A stretch of 64,000 nucleotides of DNA from an uncultured Alphaproteobacteria bacterium (GTDB lineage: Bacteria > Pseudomonadota > Alphaproteobacteria > Rhizobiales > Beijerinckiaceae): positions 64,539 to 128,538 of the forward strand of contig CAWKBT010000001.1 in NCBI GenBank assembly GCA_963847915.1. The letters run 5' to 3'. The position numbers and the translations under genes are program-made. The notes under the pieces are model-generated. The model searched no databases and had not been told where the DNA came from. It saw only the letters and a list, made by a program, of their open reading frames with translations. This document shows, piece by piece, positions 31,636 through 47,211 of this stretch. Every line of letters begins with the position of its first letter. Within the stretch, counting starts at the first letter, position 1.

Positions 31636-32040
31636 TCAGCCGCCGGGCGAGGGCGCTTCGGCCAGGATGTCCGCCACGCGGGCGACGAAGCGGGCGGCGT
31701 CGTCGATCATGGCCTCGGCATCGGCGGCCGTGACGATGCGGTCCGGTCCGGTGCTGTAGTCGGCGAGGTCCTTGTAGCCGTATCCCTTGCTCAGGACCTT
31801 GCCCAGAGCTGCGTCGGTGCCGGTCGCCCCGAGCATGATCCTCGAAAACTCGCTCCGGATGCCGGAATGGGTCTTCACCACCTTGCCGGCCCGCTCGAAG
31901 ACGAGGGCCTGGGCGGCATGGAACGCCGCGATATAGGCGGACCGGGCCGCAATCCTGGTCAGGGGGATCGCGACGATCACGCGGGCCTCGCGCAGATGGT
32001 CGTGCGCCGTCGCCAGGTAGGCGGCGGTCTCGGGCTTCAC
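31636..32040 (-). CDS. HEPN-domain protein (partner of the upstream nucleotidyltransferase)
   Basis: GTG 32040 overlaps the MNT stop (GTGA). ARSAYIAAFHAAQALVFERAGKVVKTHSGIRSEF is a typical HEPN helix pair. Confidence 0.75.
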   Translation of the reverse strand: MKPETAAYLATAHDHLREARVIVAIPLTRIAARSAYIAAFHAAQALVFERAGKVVKTHSGIRSEFSRIMLGATGTDAALGKVLSKGYGYKDLADYSTGPDRIVTAADAEAMIDDAARFVARVADILAEAPSPGG

Positions 32041-32354
32041 AGGTCGATGCCTTCCCGCCGCATCTCGTGCATCAACCCGGTCCGCTCGTCGTACATGCTC
32101 TCCGGCATGGGAAGAGCGCTGATCAGGGCCCCGGTATCGTCCAGGATCTCGGTCTCGATCGCGGCCAGGGGTTCGATCTCTCGGCCGAAGCTGCTGAACC
32201 CCTTGAGGAAGATGGCCACGTCGTAATCCGAATCGGGCCGGTGATCGCCCCGTGCGCGCGAGCCGAACAGAACCACCCGCGCGATGCGCTCGCCATAGGC
32301 GGCATCGAGGGCGGCGCGGAAGCGGGTCAGGACGGGGTCGTCGGTCGCGGCCAT
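32037..32354 (-). CDS. minimal nucleotidyltransferase (MNT), HEPN/MNT module
   Basis: 105 aa with VVLFGSRARGDHRPDSDYDVAIFL, the GS...DxD pol-beta-type NTase motif. Confidence 0.85.
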   Translation of the reverse strand: MAATDDPVLTRFRAALDAAYGERIARVVLFGSRARGDHRPDSDYDVAIFLKGFSSFGREIEPLAAIETEILDDTGALISALPMPESMYDERTGLMHEMRREGIDL

Positions 32355-32600
32355 CGGAGATGTTTAGCACGGCGCCACGCCGCGATCCATCGTTGCACGC
32401 GGTGCCGCTTGGGCGGAACTCCGGCTGCCTCTCCATGCCGTGTGATGGCGCTTGTTCACGGGGCCGATTCCTGGCTAGACCTGAGTCATGGCGCGCGATC
32501 CCGGCCTCTCCGGATGCAACCCGGCCTCCGTCGTGTTCCGCCGGCTCCTGACGATCGCCGCCTCGGGCGGACCGCGGGTCCGATCGCTTCGGGGCGCCTG

Positions 32601-33068
32601 ATGACCTATCTCGTGCTGAAATACCTGCACGTCCTCGGCGCCACGGTGATCCTCGGCACCGGCACGGGCATCGCCTTCTTCATGCTGATGGCGCATCTCA
32701 GCCGCGATGCCGGTTTCGTGGCCCGGACCGCAGGGGTGGTGGTGATCGCCGATGCCCTGTTCACCGCCACTGCCGTCATCGCCCAGCCGCTCACCGGATA
32801 TCTGCTCTCGCGTGAACTCGGCCTGACGCTGGCAGAACCCTGGCTCGTCGCGTCCCTCGGACTCTATGCGGTGGCCGGGCTGTTCTGGCTGCCCGTGGTG
32901 TGGATGCAGGCCCGCATGCGCGACCTCGCGCACGAAGCCGCGGCGACGGATGCGGCGCTGCCGGCTGCCTACCACCGGCTGTTTCGCCTGTGGTTCGCCT
33001 TCGGCGTTCCCGGCTTCGGCTCGGTCATGGCGATCGTCTGGCTCATGATCGCCCAGCCCTCCCCGTGA
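32601..33068 (+). CDS. DUF2269-like integral membrane protein
   Basis: ATG 32601 gives MTYLVLKYLHVLGATVILGTGTGIAFFML. Four hydrophobic spans. Confidence 0.7.
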   Translation: MTYLVLKYLHVLGATVILGTGTGIAFFMLMAHLSRDAGFVARTAGVVVIADALFTATAVIAQPLTGYLLSRELGLTLAEPWLVASLGLYAVAGLFWLPVVWMQARMRDLAHEAAATDAALPAAYHRLFRLWFAFGVPGFGSVMAIVWLMIAQPSP

Positions 33069-33075
33069 GCCGCCG

Positions 33076-34404
33076 ATGACCGACGCGCCCGTCACGATCG
33101 CCGTCCTCGGCGCCTCCGGCCTGATCGGCGCCGCGATCGCGGAGCATCTGCTCGGGCAGGGGGTTCGCACCGTTCCCGTGGCGCGGCGCTTCACGGGCGC
33201 TCAGACCATGCTGTTCGGCGAGGCCGCGGTCACGCATCCTGTCGGGGAGGCCTCGGCCAAGGATCTCGCCGGCCTCTTGCGCGGCCTCGGCATCGACGTC
33301 GTCGTGAACTGCCTGGGGGTGCTCCAGGATGGGCCGCAGGGTCGCGCCGCCGACATCCACGAGGCTTTCGTCTCGCGGCTCCTCGATGCGATCCGGATGC
33401 AGTCGAAGCCCGTGCTCCTCGTCCATCTCTCGGTCCCGGGTCGCGCCGCCGAGGACGCGACGGCGTTCAGCCGCACCAAACGCGCGGGCGAGCGGTCGAT
33501 CGCGGCCGCGGAGGTGCCATCGGTCGTGCTGCGTCCCGGCTTCGTTGTGGCGCCCGCCGCCTATGGCGGCAGCGCCCTGGTGCGGGCCCTGGCGGCACTC
33601 CCAGTCGCCCTGCCTCCGTGCGTGGGCACCCGGCCCTTCGCGACGACGGCGGTCGATGATGTCGCCGGGACGGTGGAATTCCTTGCCCGGCGCTGGGCTG
33701 CGGGCGAGCGGCATTGGAAGGCGGTCTGGGACCTGTGCGAGCGCCGGCCCGCGACGGTGGCAGACACCGTTGAGGCGTTCCGCGCGCGGATCGGCGGGCC
33801 TCGGCCGCGAGTCCGCTTGCCGGACTGGCTGCTTCAGGTGGGAGCGCGGGCGGGCGACGCTGTGGCGTGGCTCGGCTGGGTGCCGCCGATCCGCACCACG
33901 GCGCTGCGCGAGATGCGACGCGGCGTCGATGGCTGTCCGGACGCGTGGATCGCCGCCACGGGCCTCGAACCCAAGGGGCTCGACGCGGCCTTGCGGTGCC
34001 TCCCGTCGAGCGTGCAGGAGCGATGGTTCGCGCGGCTCTTCCTTCTGAAGCCGCTGATCGTCGGCGTGCTCGCGACGTTCTGGGTGGCCTCGGGGGCAGT
34101 CGCCCTCACCGTAGCCTTTCGGGCGGCCTCCGCCATCCTGACGGCGCATGGCTTCGCGGGCGGACCGGCAGACCTGATCACCGTGGTCAGCAGCCTCCTC
34201 GACATCGCCGTGGGCCTCGCCATCGCGGTGCGCCGCACCTGCCGGGCGGGACTTCTCGCCGGCATCGTGGTGTCGGTGACCTACATGGCGGGCGCGGCTG
34301 TCCTCACGCCCGAGATGTGGGCCGAGCCTTTGGGAGCCCTGGTGAAGACTGGCCCCGCGATCGTGCTCATGATGGTCGCGCTGGCGATCCTGGAGGCCCG
34401 GTAG
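33076..34404 (+). CDS. NAD(P)-binding SDR/epimerase-like domain fused to a C-terminal DoxX-like membrane domain
   Basis: A Rossmann-type N-terminus (IAVLGASGLIGAAIAEHL). The C-terminal 130 aa or so contain four hydrophobic spans. Confidence 0.75.
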   Translation: MTDAPVTIAVLGASGLIGAAIAEHLLGQGVRTVPVARRFTGAQTMLFGEAAVTHPVGEASAKDLAGLLRGLGIDVVVNCLGVLQDGPQGRAADIHEAFVSRLLDAIRMQSKPVLLVHLSVPGRAAEDATAFSRTKRAGERSIAAAEVPSVVLRPGFVVAPAAYGGSALVRALAALPVALPPCVGTRPFATTAVDDVAGTVEFLARRWAAGERHWKAVWDLCERRPATVADTVEAFRARIGGPRPRVRLPDWLLQVGARAGDAVAWLGWVPPIRTTALREMRRGVDGCPDAWIAATGLEPKGLDAALRCLPSSVQERWFARLFLLKPLIVGVLATFWVASGAVALTVAFRAASAILTAHGFAGGPADLITVVSSLLDIAVGLAIAVRRTCRAGLLAGIVVSVTYMAGAAVLTPEMWAEPLGALVKTGPAIVLMMVALAILEAR

Positions 34405-34464
34405 GGTCACCGCGCTGGTTCACCTCGGGGGACGGACGAGGGCGGCGAGGCGGCATGGCGCCTC

Positions 34465-35075
34465 TCACCGCGCCCCCCGGCCTCCGAGCCGCCGGTCGAA
34501 CCAGACCAGCCCCAGGCCGGCCGCCAGGAAGCCGGCGGCGATCAGCACGGCATCCACCAGCGTCGCCGCCCAGCCGATGCGGCCGACGTCGATGAACGGA
34601 TAGGGATAGAGACCGTCGGCGGCGCCCCGCGCCAGCGCATAGGCGAAGTAGAGCAGCGGCACGGCCGCCCAGGGAAGGACGTCGCGGGCCTGCAGGGCGC
34701 CGCGCTTCACCCGCGTCAGCCAGAACACCAGGACCAGCGCCGGGGTGACGCTGTGGAGGAAGAGGTCGGCAAGGCGCTCCTGTCCCGTCTGCACCAGCGT
34801 GCCGGCGAGGAGCAGGCGGTACACGATGGCGACGAGCAGGATGTTCAGCGTGAGGCCGCCGAGCAGCGCCGGAGACGCGGCCTCACGCCCCCGCAGGGCG
34901 ATCCGCGCGAAGGCCAGCGCGGCGGCGAGGTTCATGAGGATGGTGAAGTAGCGCAGCAGCACCCAGAGGGCCGCCGCCGCCGAGCCGGTGGTGCCGAGCG
35001 TCGCGCCGAGCTGGACGGCGAGGCCGAACGCCGCCGAGGCCGCGACGAGGGCCGCGAGGAACCGCGCGCCGGACC

Positions 35076-35079
<4 letters not shown>
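34465..35079 (-). CDS. Pr6Pr-family membrane protein (start tentative)
   Basis: [15 protein letters not shown] and six hydrophobic spans. The only plausible start is TTG 35079, which overlaps the ureC stop. The 853-aa track ORF 34465..37026 is this gene plus an out-of-frame read-through of ureC. Confidence 0.6.
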
Positions 35080-36788
<1,709 letters not shown>

Positions 36789-37024
36789 GGCGGGGCTCCT
36801 TCGACGCCGCGAGATTAGAAGCAGAGCCGCGGTTTTGGAAACCGGGATCGGCGGCGGGGCCCCGCAGCACCCTTGCGCCGGCCCGGCGTCGCATGCTCGA
36901 CATGGGCCCGGCCCAGTCTGCGTCGGCCCGGACCATCGTCGGCCAGGAACATTTCCGGGGCGCGACAGTCTCCCCGGGGGACGGCCCGGCCCCGAAGCTC
37001 CGGGCGCGAGGACGACGGACCGAC

Positions 37025-38974
37025 ATGGCGCTCGACGGGACGATCCCCGATGTTGCCCAGGCGCAGGACGCCGCCGAGTGGCTGGAAGCCGACGGGCTCG
37101 GCGGCTACGCGTCGGGCGCCGCCGATGGCGTGCGGACGCGGCGCCACCACGCGCTGCTGCTGACCGCCCTCGCTCCGCCTACCCGACGCTTCCTCCTCGT
37201 CAACGGGGTTGAGGTCGAGGTCGAGACCGGCGGCGGGCGCCACGGCCTGTCCTCGCAGCGCTACCTGCCGGACGTGCTCCACCCCGACGGCGCGCGCCGC
37301 ATCCTGTCGTTCTACCGTGAGCCCTGGCCGACCTGGCTCTTCGGCCTGCCGGACGGCAGCGTGGTGGCGCACGAGGTCTTCGTCGAGCCGCACGGCGGCG
37401 AAACGGTGCTGACGTGGCGGCGGACGTTCGGGCCGCACGGCCCGTGCCGGCTCACGGTGCGGCCGCTTCTCACGGGCCGGGACCACGGCGCGCTCCACCG
37501 CGCCAACGCCGTGTTCCGCTTCGCCGCCGAGGTCACGGGCGGGACCGTGTCGTGGCGGCCCTACGCCGGCCTGCCGGCCGTGACGGCGCTGACCAACGGC
37601 ACCTACCGCCACGCCCCGGTCTGGCTGCGCGACGTGCTCTACACCGTCGAGCGCGAACGCGGCCTCGACCATGTCGAGGACGTGGCCGCGCCCGGCGTCT
37701 TCACCTTCGACCTGTCGGCCGGGCCCGCCACGATGGTGCTGCGCGCCGGAGACGGCCGGGCCGGCGACGCGGTCCGCCACGCGGCCGACCTTGCCGCCGC
37801 CGAACGGGCCCGCCGCGCGGGCTTCACGTCGGACCTTCGCCGCTCGGCCGCCGCCTACGCGGTGGCGCGCGGCGCCGGCCGCACCATCGTGGCGGGCTTC
37901 CCGTGGTTCACCGACTGGGGCCGCGACACGTTCATCGCGCTGCGCGGCCTGCTGCTCGCGACCGGGCGCTTGGAGGAGGCCCGCGCCGTCCTGCTCGGAT
38001 GGGCCGCGACGGTCGACGGCGGCATGCTGCCGAACCGCTTTCCCGACGGGGGCGAGGCCCCCGAGTTCAACGCCGTCGACGCGTCGCTCTGGTTCATCGT
38101 GGCGGTCCATGACACGTTCGAGGCCTGCGCGGCCGCCGGCGCGCCGGTGCCGGAGGTCGAGGCCGCCCGGCTGCGCACCGCGGCCGAAGCCATCCTCGAC
38201 AGCTACAGCCGCGGCACCCGCTTCGGCATCCGGGCCGATACGGACGGGTTGCTGCGGGCCGGCCAGGCGGGCGTGCAACTGACCTGGATGGACGCCATCA
38301 CGGACGGGCATGTCGTGACGCCGCGGCGCGGCAAGCCCGTGGAAGTCCAGGCGCTGTGGTTCAACGCGCTCGAGATCGCGGCGCGGCGCTGGTCGCCCCG
38401 CTGGGCCGGGCCCGCTGCGGCGGCGCGCGCGGCCTTCGCCGAGCGCTTCCCCAATCCGGACGGCGGCCTCTACGATGTGGTCGACGTCGACGGAGTCGCG
38501 GGCACCCGGGATGCCCGGCTGCGGCCCAACCAGATCTTCGCCGTCGGCGGGCTGCCGTTCCCGCTGCTCGCGGACGACGCGGCCCGCGGGGTGGTGGACC
38601 TCGTCGAAGCGAGGCTGCTGACACCGCTCGGCCTGCGCACCCTGTCGCCCGACGATCCCGCCTACGTGCCGCGCTACCGCGGCGACCTCACGGCGCGCGA
38701 CGCCGCCTACCACCAGGGGACCGCCTGGCCCTGGCTGCTCGGACCCTTCGTCGACGCCTGGCTGTCCGTGCGGGGCCGCACGGCCGCCGCGAAGGCCGAG
38801 GCGGCGGACCGGTTCCTGCAACCTCTGATGCGGCACCGCGACGAGGCCGGCCTCGGCCACGTGTCCGAGGTGGTCGACGGGGCACCGCCGCACCATCCGG
38901 GCGGATGCCCATGGCAGGCCTGGTCGCTGGGCGAACTCGTCCGGATCCGCCGCATGCTCGACCTCGACGTCTGA
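37025..38974 (+). CDS. glycogen-debranching-enzyme-type glycosidase (amylo-alpha-1,6-glucosidase family)
   Basis: ATG 37025. [37 protein letters not shown] and [14 protein letters not shown] are hallmarks of the bacterial GDE family. Confidence 0.85.
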   Translation: MALDGTIPDVAQAQDAAEWLEADGLGGYASGAADGVRTRRHHALLLTALAPPTRRFLLVNGVEVEVETGGGRHGLSSQRYLPDVLHPDGARRILSFYREPWPTWLFGLPDGSVVAHEVFVEPHGGETVLTWRRTFGPHGPCRLTVRPLLTGRDHGALHRANAVFRFAAEVTGGTVSWRPYAGLPAVTALTNGTYRHAPVWLRDVLYTVERERGLDHVEDVAAPGVFTFDLSAGPATMVLRAGDGRAGDAVRHAADLAAAERARRAGFTSDLRRSAAAYAVARGAGRTIVAGFPWFTDWGRDTFIALRGLLLATGRLEEARAVLLGWAATVDGGMLPNRFPDGGEAPEFNAVDASLWFIVAVHDTFEACAAAGAPVPEVEAARLRTAAEAILDSYSRGTRFGIRADTDGLLRAGQAGVQLTWMDAITDGHVVTPRRGKPVEVQALWFNALEIAARRWSPRWAGPAAAARAAFAERFPNPDGGLYDVVDVDGVAGTRDARLRPNQIFAVGGLPFPLLADDAARGVVDLVEARLLTPLGLRTLSPDDPAYVPRYRGDLTARDAAYHQGTAWPWLLGPFVDAWLSVRGRTAAAKAEAADRFLQPLMRHRDEAGLGHVSEVVDGAPPHHPGGCPWQAWSLGELVRIRRMLDLDV

Positions 38975-38988
38975 ACCAAGGACCTCCG

Positions 38989-41723
<2,735 letters not shown>

Positions 41724-41727
<4 letters not shown>

Positions 41728-42308
41728 CGCCCGCCCGCGCCGCCGCCGCGGCCCTGCTGCTCGCCGCCGGCCCGGCTCGGGCGGCCCCGGCCGACCCGGC
41801 CGAGCCGCGCCTGCAGGACGTGCTCTCGGCCGTCACGCTCGCGTTCGGCGAGGGCGGCGGCTTCGATCGCGCGGTGCTGACCCAGGGCGAGGAGGGTGCC
41901 GACCTCGCCATCTACCGCGACGTGCCGGCACCGGGCCGCGACGCGGCGATGCTGAGGCCCGCTTTCGCCAAAGCCGACGTCGCCTGGTCCGGCCAGTCCT
42001 GGGGCACCCTGGCGTCGCTGTCCGTCAACGGGCGCGGCGCGCTGGTGATCACGTCCGAGAACGACGCCATCGGCCGGAACCGCTGGCACATGGCGCTGAC
42101 CGTGGTGTCGCGCGGGGGCCGGTACCTCGTCGTCGGCATCACCCGCGACGAGCGCGACACGCTCGACCCGACGCTCGCCGCGGCCTGCGACCTCAACCTG
42201 TCGACCGGCAAGGGAACGGTCGGCGGCAGGCCGGTGACGATGCCGCCGGGCCCCGTTCCGCTGGCCGACTGGTCCGACGGGCGCATCCCCAAGGGGTGCG
42301 GCGGCTGA
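41724..42308 (+). CDS. secreted hypothetical protein
   Basis: The GTG start overlaps the GH63 stop (GTGA). Signal peptide MTPARAAAAALLLAAGPARAAP. No recognised domain. Confidence 0.6.
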
Positions 42309-42408
42309 CCCCCGCGCGGGCCCGCCGGCGGCTACGCGACGTCACAGGGCGGGCGCCTTCACGCCCCAGTTTGGAGACGCTATAAAGTCCGACAACGGAG
42401 GCGCTGCC

Positions 42409-42906
42409 ATGAGCATACCCATCATCCTGACCATCAACGGGACACGACGGGAGATCGCCCTCGACGATCCGCGGGTCACCCTCCTCGACCTCCTGCGCGA
42501 GCGGCTCGACCTCACCGGCACCAAGAAGGGCTGCGACCGCGGCCAGTGCGGCGCCTGCACGGTGCTGGTGGATGGTCGCCGCATCAACGCCTGCCTGGCG
42601 CTCGCCGTCAGCCACGACGGCGCCGACATCCTCACCATCGAGGGCCTGTCTGAGGGCGGCGAACTCCATCCCGTTCAGGCCGCCTTCATCGCCCATGACG
42701 GGTTCCAGTGCGGCTTCTGCACGCCGGGCCAGATCATGAGCGCCGTCGGCCTCATCGCCGAGGCCCAGGCCGGCAACGATCCCGAGCGCGTCCGCGAGGC
42801 CATGAGCGGCAACATCTGCCGCTGCGGCGCCTATGCGGGCATCACCGAGGCGGTGCTCGACGCCCAGGCCCGCATGGCGGGCGAGACCCGGGAGAAGGCG
42901 GCGTGA
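42409..42906 (+). CDS. (2Fe-2S)-binding subunit of a xanthine-dehydrogenase-family molybdo-hydroxylase
   Basis: CDRGQCGACTV, CGFCTPG and CRCGAY cluster ligands. A GGAGG sequence lies upstream. Confidence 0.9.
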   Translation: MSIPIILTINGTRREIALDDPRVTLLDLLRERLDLTGTKKGCDRGQCGACTVLVDGRRINACLALAVSHDGADILTIEGLSEGGELHPVQAAFIAHDGFQCGFCTPGQIMSAVGLIAEAQAGNDPERVREAMSGNICRCGAYAGITEAVLDAQARMAGETREKAA

Positions 42907-43961
42907 AACGCTTCGACTATATCCGCGCCGGCAGCCCGGCCGAGGCCGTCGCGGCCGCCTCGCGCGAGGGCGCCGTCTACCTCGGGGGCGGCACCAACCT
43001 GCTCGACCTCATGAAGGGCAACGTGCTGCGCCCCGACGCACTCGTGGACGTGACCCGGCTGCCGGGCCTCGACCGGATCGAGCTGCAGGCGGACGGCTCC
43101 ACCCGCATCGGCACGCTCGTGCGCAACGGCGACCTCGCCCACGACGCGGCCTTCGCGGCCCGCTACCCCGCCGTCGCCGAAGCGCTGCTGTCGGGCGCCT
43201 CGGCACAGCTGCGCAACGCCGCCACGACGGGCGGCAACCTGCTGCAGCGGACCCGCTGTCCCTATTTCGCCGAGCCCGCCAGCGCCTGCAACAAGCGGCA
43301 GCCGGGTTCGGGATGTTCCGCGGTCGGCGGCGAGACTCGGCTCCATGCCGTGCTCGGCTGGGACGAGTCCTGCATCGCCGTGAACCCGTCCGACCTGTGC
43401 GTGCCGCTCGCGGCGCTCGACGCCGTGGTGGAGATCGAGGGCCGGAGCGGGCCCCGGAGCGTGCCGCTGGTCGACTTCCACCGCCTGCCCGAGGGCGAGC
43501 CCTGGCGCGAGACCGCGCTCGAGCCCGGCGACCTCATCACCGGCGTGGTGCTGCCGGCCGCGGCCGCGGGTTTCGCCGCCAACAGCCGCTACCTCAAGGT
43601 CCGCGACCGCACCTCCTATGCTTTCGCGGTCGTATCGGCGACGGCGGCGCTGAAGCTCGACGGGCACCGCATCGTCGATGCGCGGCTGGCGCTGGGCGGC
43701 GTCGCCCTCAAGCCCTGGCGCGCCCGCAAGGCCGAGGCCGTGCTGGCGGGCGAGACCGCCAGCGTCGCGGTCTTCCGCCGTGCCGCCGAGGCGGCCCTGT
43801 CCGAGGCCCGGCCTTCCGGCGACAATGCCTACAAGATCGAGCTCGCCCGGCGCGTCGCCGTGCGGGCCCTCACGCTGGCGCTCGCCGGCACGCCCTCGCG
43901 CGTGCCCGCCCTGCCGGCCTCCCCGTTCTCCTCGCCCCTGGGTGTCGCCGCACATGCCTGA
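42903..43961 (+). CDS. FAD-binding subunit of a xanthine-dehydrogenase-family molybdo-hydroxylase
   Basis: GTG 42903 overlaps the upstream stop. YLGGGTNLLDLMK and LRNAATTGGNLLQRTRC motifs. Confidence 0.9.
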   Translation: MKRFDYIRAGSPAEAVAAASREGAVYLGGGTNLLDLMKGNVLRPDALVDVTRLPGLDRIELQADGSTRIGTLVRNGDLAHDAAFAARYPAVAEALLSGASAQLRNAATTGGNLLQRTRCPYFAEPASACNKRQPGSGCSAVGGETRLHAVLGWDESCIAVNPSDLCVPLAALDAVVEIEGRSGPRSVPLVDFHRLPEGEPWRETALEPGDLITGVVLPAAAAGFAANSRYLKVRDRTSYAFAVVSATAALKLDGHRIVDARLALGGVALKPWRARKAEAVLAGETASVAVFRRAAEAALSEARPSGDNAYKIELARRVAVRALTLALAGTPSRVPALPASPFSSPLGVAAHA

Positions 43962-46217
43962 GCAGACCCATACCCGCCACGGCTCGAACGTCGGCCAGCC
44001 GCTGACCCGGCGCGAAGGCGTTCTCAAGGTCACCGGCTCGGCCCGCTTCGCGGCCGACAACCATCCCGAAGGCCTGCTCTACGCGGCCATCTGTTCGAGC
44101 ACGATCGCGCGCGGCCGCGTGACGTCGCTCGACGTCGCGGCCGCCAAGGCGCATCCCGGCGTCGTCGACGTCATGGTGCCGGGCAACGCCCCGGCGCTCG
44201 CCTTCGACCCGGACGAGAAGGACAGCCCCTTCACGTTCCGCATGGACGTGCTGCAGAACGATCGCGTCCGCTACGCCAACCAGTCGATCGCGGTGGTGAT
44301 CGCCGAGACGCTGGAGGCCGCCACCGAGGGCGTGGCGCTGCTCGCCCCCCAATACGAGGTCGAGCCGGCCCGCATCGGCCTCGACGGCAACGAGAGCTTC
44401 GTGCCGCCGGCCGTCGGCGTCGGCGAGCCGCCGGACATCGACAACGGCGGCGACGTCGAGGCCGGCCTCGCGGGCGCATCGAAGCGCCTCGACGCCACCT
44501 ACGAGACGCCGGCCCAGTACCATAACGCCATGGAGCCGCACGCCATCGTGGCGCAGTGGGACGGCGACAAGCTCGTCGTCGACACGCCCAGCCAGGCCCT
44601 CACCATGGGCCAGGGCCGCATCGCGCAGCTGTTCGGCCTGGACCCCGCCAACATCCTGATCCGCTCGCCCTTCCTGGGCGGCGGCTTCGGCTCGAAGGCG
44701 CTGATGAAGGGCCCGCAGATCCTCGGCATCATGGCGGCCCGGATGACGGGCCGGCCGGTGAAGCTGGTGCTGCGGCGCGACCAGATGTTCGGTCCCGTCG
44801 GCCATCGCGCCCCGACCCGCCAGACGGTGCGGCTCGGCACCGACGACGAGGGCCAGCTCCAGGCCATCCATCACCACAACCATACCGCGACATCGAGCCT
44901 TCGACGACTTCTTCGAGCCCGCCGCCAACCTGTCGCACACGCTCTACGCGGCGCCGGCGCTCAAGACCTCGCACTACGGCCGTGCGGCTCGACACCGGCA
45001 CGCCGCTGTTCATGCGGGCGCCCGGCGAGGCTTCGGGTTCGATCGCGCTGGAGAGCGCCATCGACGAGATGGCGGAGGTCTGCGGCATGGACCCGCTGGC
45101 CTTCCGGCTCAAGAACTACGCCGAGGTCGAGCCCATCTCGGGCAAGCCCTTCTCGTCCAAGAACCTGCGTCAGTGCTACGAGCGGGGTGCCGAGGCCTTC
45201 GGCTGGTCGCGGCGGGCGGCGAGGCCGCGCGCCATGCGCGACGAGGCCGGTCTGCTGGTCGGCTGGGGCATGGGCACGGCGACCTTCCCGGCGCTGATCT
45301 TCGCCGCCGAAGCGCGCGCCACCCTCAAGGCCGACGGGACGGGGCTCGTCGAGATCGGCGCCGAGGACATGGGGCAGGGCGCCTGGACGGCCCTGGCACA
45401 GATCGCCGCCGACGGGCTCGGGCTCGACATCGACCAGGTCGAGTTCCGCATGGGCACGTCCGACCTGCCGAGCGGCGGCATCGCGGGCGGTTCGGGCCAT
45501 ACCGCGACGGCCGGCAATGCCGTCCACGCGGCGGGCGGCGACGTCATCGCCAAGCTGGCCCGCCTCGCCACCGACGACCAGCGCTCGCCGCTGTTCGGCG
45601 CCGGCAATGCCGGCGTGGTGGCCCGCGACGGGCGCCTCGTGCGGCGCGACGACGAGAGCCGCGGCGAGAGCTACGCCGAGATCCTGGCGCGTGCCGGCCT
45701 GCCGGCGATCGAGGGCACCGGCAGCGCCGGGGCCGACCCCGACGCCCAGAAGCGCTACGCCATGCATGCCCATGGCGCGGTCTTCGCCGAGGTGAAGGTC
45801 GATCCCGACCTCGGCCAGATCCGCTGCACGCGCCTCGTCGGGGCCTTCGCGGCGGGCCGGGTGATCAACCCGCGCCTCGTGCAGAGCCAGCTCTTCGGCG
45901 GCATGATCTGGGGCGTGGGCTTCGCCCTCACCGAGGAAGCCGTGATGGACCCCCGCTCGGGTCGGCCGCTCAACGCCAACCTCGGCGAATACCACGTGCC
46001 GGTGAACGCCGACGTGCCCTCGCTCGAAGCCATCATGGTCGACGAGACCGACACGGTCATCAACGCCCTCGGCATCAAGGGCGTCGGCGAGATCGGCATC
46101 ACGGGCACGGCCGGCGCCATCGCCAACGCGGTCTACCACGCGACCGGCGTGCGGGTCCGCCAGGCGCCGATCCGGCTGGACCACCTGCTCGGCGCCCTGC
46201 CGCTGGCGGCCGAATAG
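43954..46217 (+). pseudogene. molybdopterin-binding large subunit of the hydroxylase, with two +1 frameshifts as given
   Basis: MPEQTHTRHGSNVGQPLTRREGVLKVTGSARFAAD... reads cleanly to ...AIHHHNHTATS. The frame changes at the extra C at 44898-44899 (giving SFDDFFEPAANLSHTLYAAPALKTSHY) and again at 44980-44981 (giving VRLDTGTPLFMRAPGE... through to 46217). The length is 3n+2. Confidence 0.85.
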
Positions 46218-46293
46218 CGGGCGGCGGCGGGCGCCTCACTTCGGCCCGGGGTGGCGCCCGCTCCGCCGCGCGCGAGACGGCGGCGGAGCGGCC

Positions 46294-47161
46294 TCACGCC
46301 CCGTCCGGCGTCTCCCAGGCCGGCACGCTGCGCCGCAGGCCATGCGCGCCCTTGTAGGCCGCGTTGGCCGGAAGCGGCGGAGACCAGCCGGCCAGCACGC
46401 CGTCGGCGAGGCGGAAGACCTCGACCCGCAGCGGGCGGCACACCGAAAGCGGGTCCCGCGCGTCGGGACCCCAGAGCGGCACCGACAGGTCGCCGCCCGG
46501 ACAGGTCGAGAGGGCGCAGAGCAGGTCGATCTCGGCGAAGAACTCGATGAAGTCGCCGGGCTTCGCCGGGCAGTCCCGCATGAAGTACTTGTCCTCGGCG
46601 TTGAGCCCCGTGCACTGGAAGACGTTGAGCACGTCGTGCACGTCGGCCTCGTCGAGCCCGTGCGGCAGCACCGCGCGGGTGAGGTTCGAGTGGCAGCAAT
46701 AGTCGAAGTCCTCGCCCGTCAGCATGCGGTTGACGTAAGGGTCGCAGCGCGTGCCCCAGCAGGTCGTGGATCCGCCCGCCATAGGCGTCGACGCCGTAGT
46801 CGGCGAGGCTGTCGGCCGTGATGGTCACCAGCGGCCGCAGGTAGGGCAGGGTGGACCAGAGCCGGTCGAAGGTCGTGACATGGGCGGCCTGGAGCTGGCG
46901 CGTGCGCGAGGCCCAGAGCCGCTCCCGCGGGTTGTCGCGGTTCCAGATGTTGAGGTCGCCCACCTGCGGCCCCTCGGGCGCCACGATGCGGAAGACGTGG
47001 CCGGCCGGCACCGTCCAGGCCCGGCCGGTGCGGATCGGCACCTCCACGGTCTCGACGAGGGTGCGGCCGGCGGGGTCGGCCGCGACCCGGCCGTAGAAGG
47101 CCCGGTCGGGGTCGAGCGGCGAGCCTGCGGTGGCCTGGTAGGCGGCGGGGAAGTTCAGCAC
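46294..47161 (-). pseudogene. DUF1989 (urea-carboxylase-associated) family protein, with one frameshift as given
   Basis: N-terminal ORF 46133..47161 is sensible to ...YGGRIHDLLG. It continues as GTRCDPYVNRMLTGEDFDYCCHSNLTRAV... in ORF 46294..46782. The switch is at the CCCC run at 46754-46757. Confidence 0.75.
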
Positions 47162-47211
47162 GCGCTTGTCTCCTCAAGAAGCGGCGGGGCCCGGGACGCG
47201 CCGGGGCCCGG

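Noticed and set aside
30100-32600. GGAAC elements upstream of 30255 and 32601 as alphaproteobacterial EcfG-type general-stress promoters.
   Set aside because: The spacing to any CGTT-like -10 element is wrong (for example GGAAC-N19-CGTG), so the match to GGAAC-N16/17-CGTT fails.
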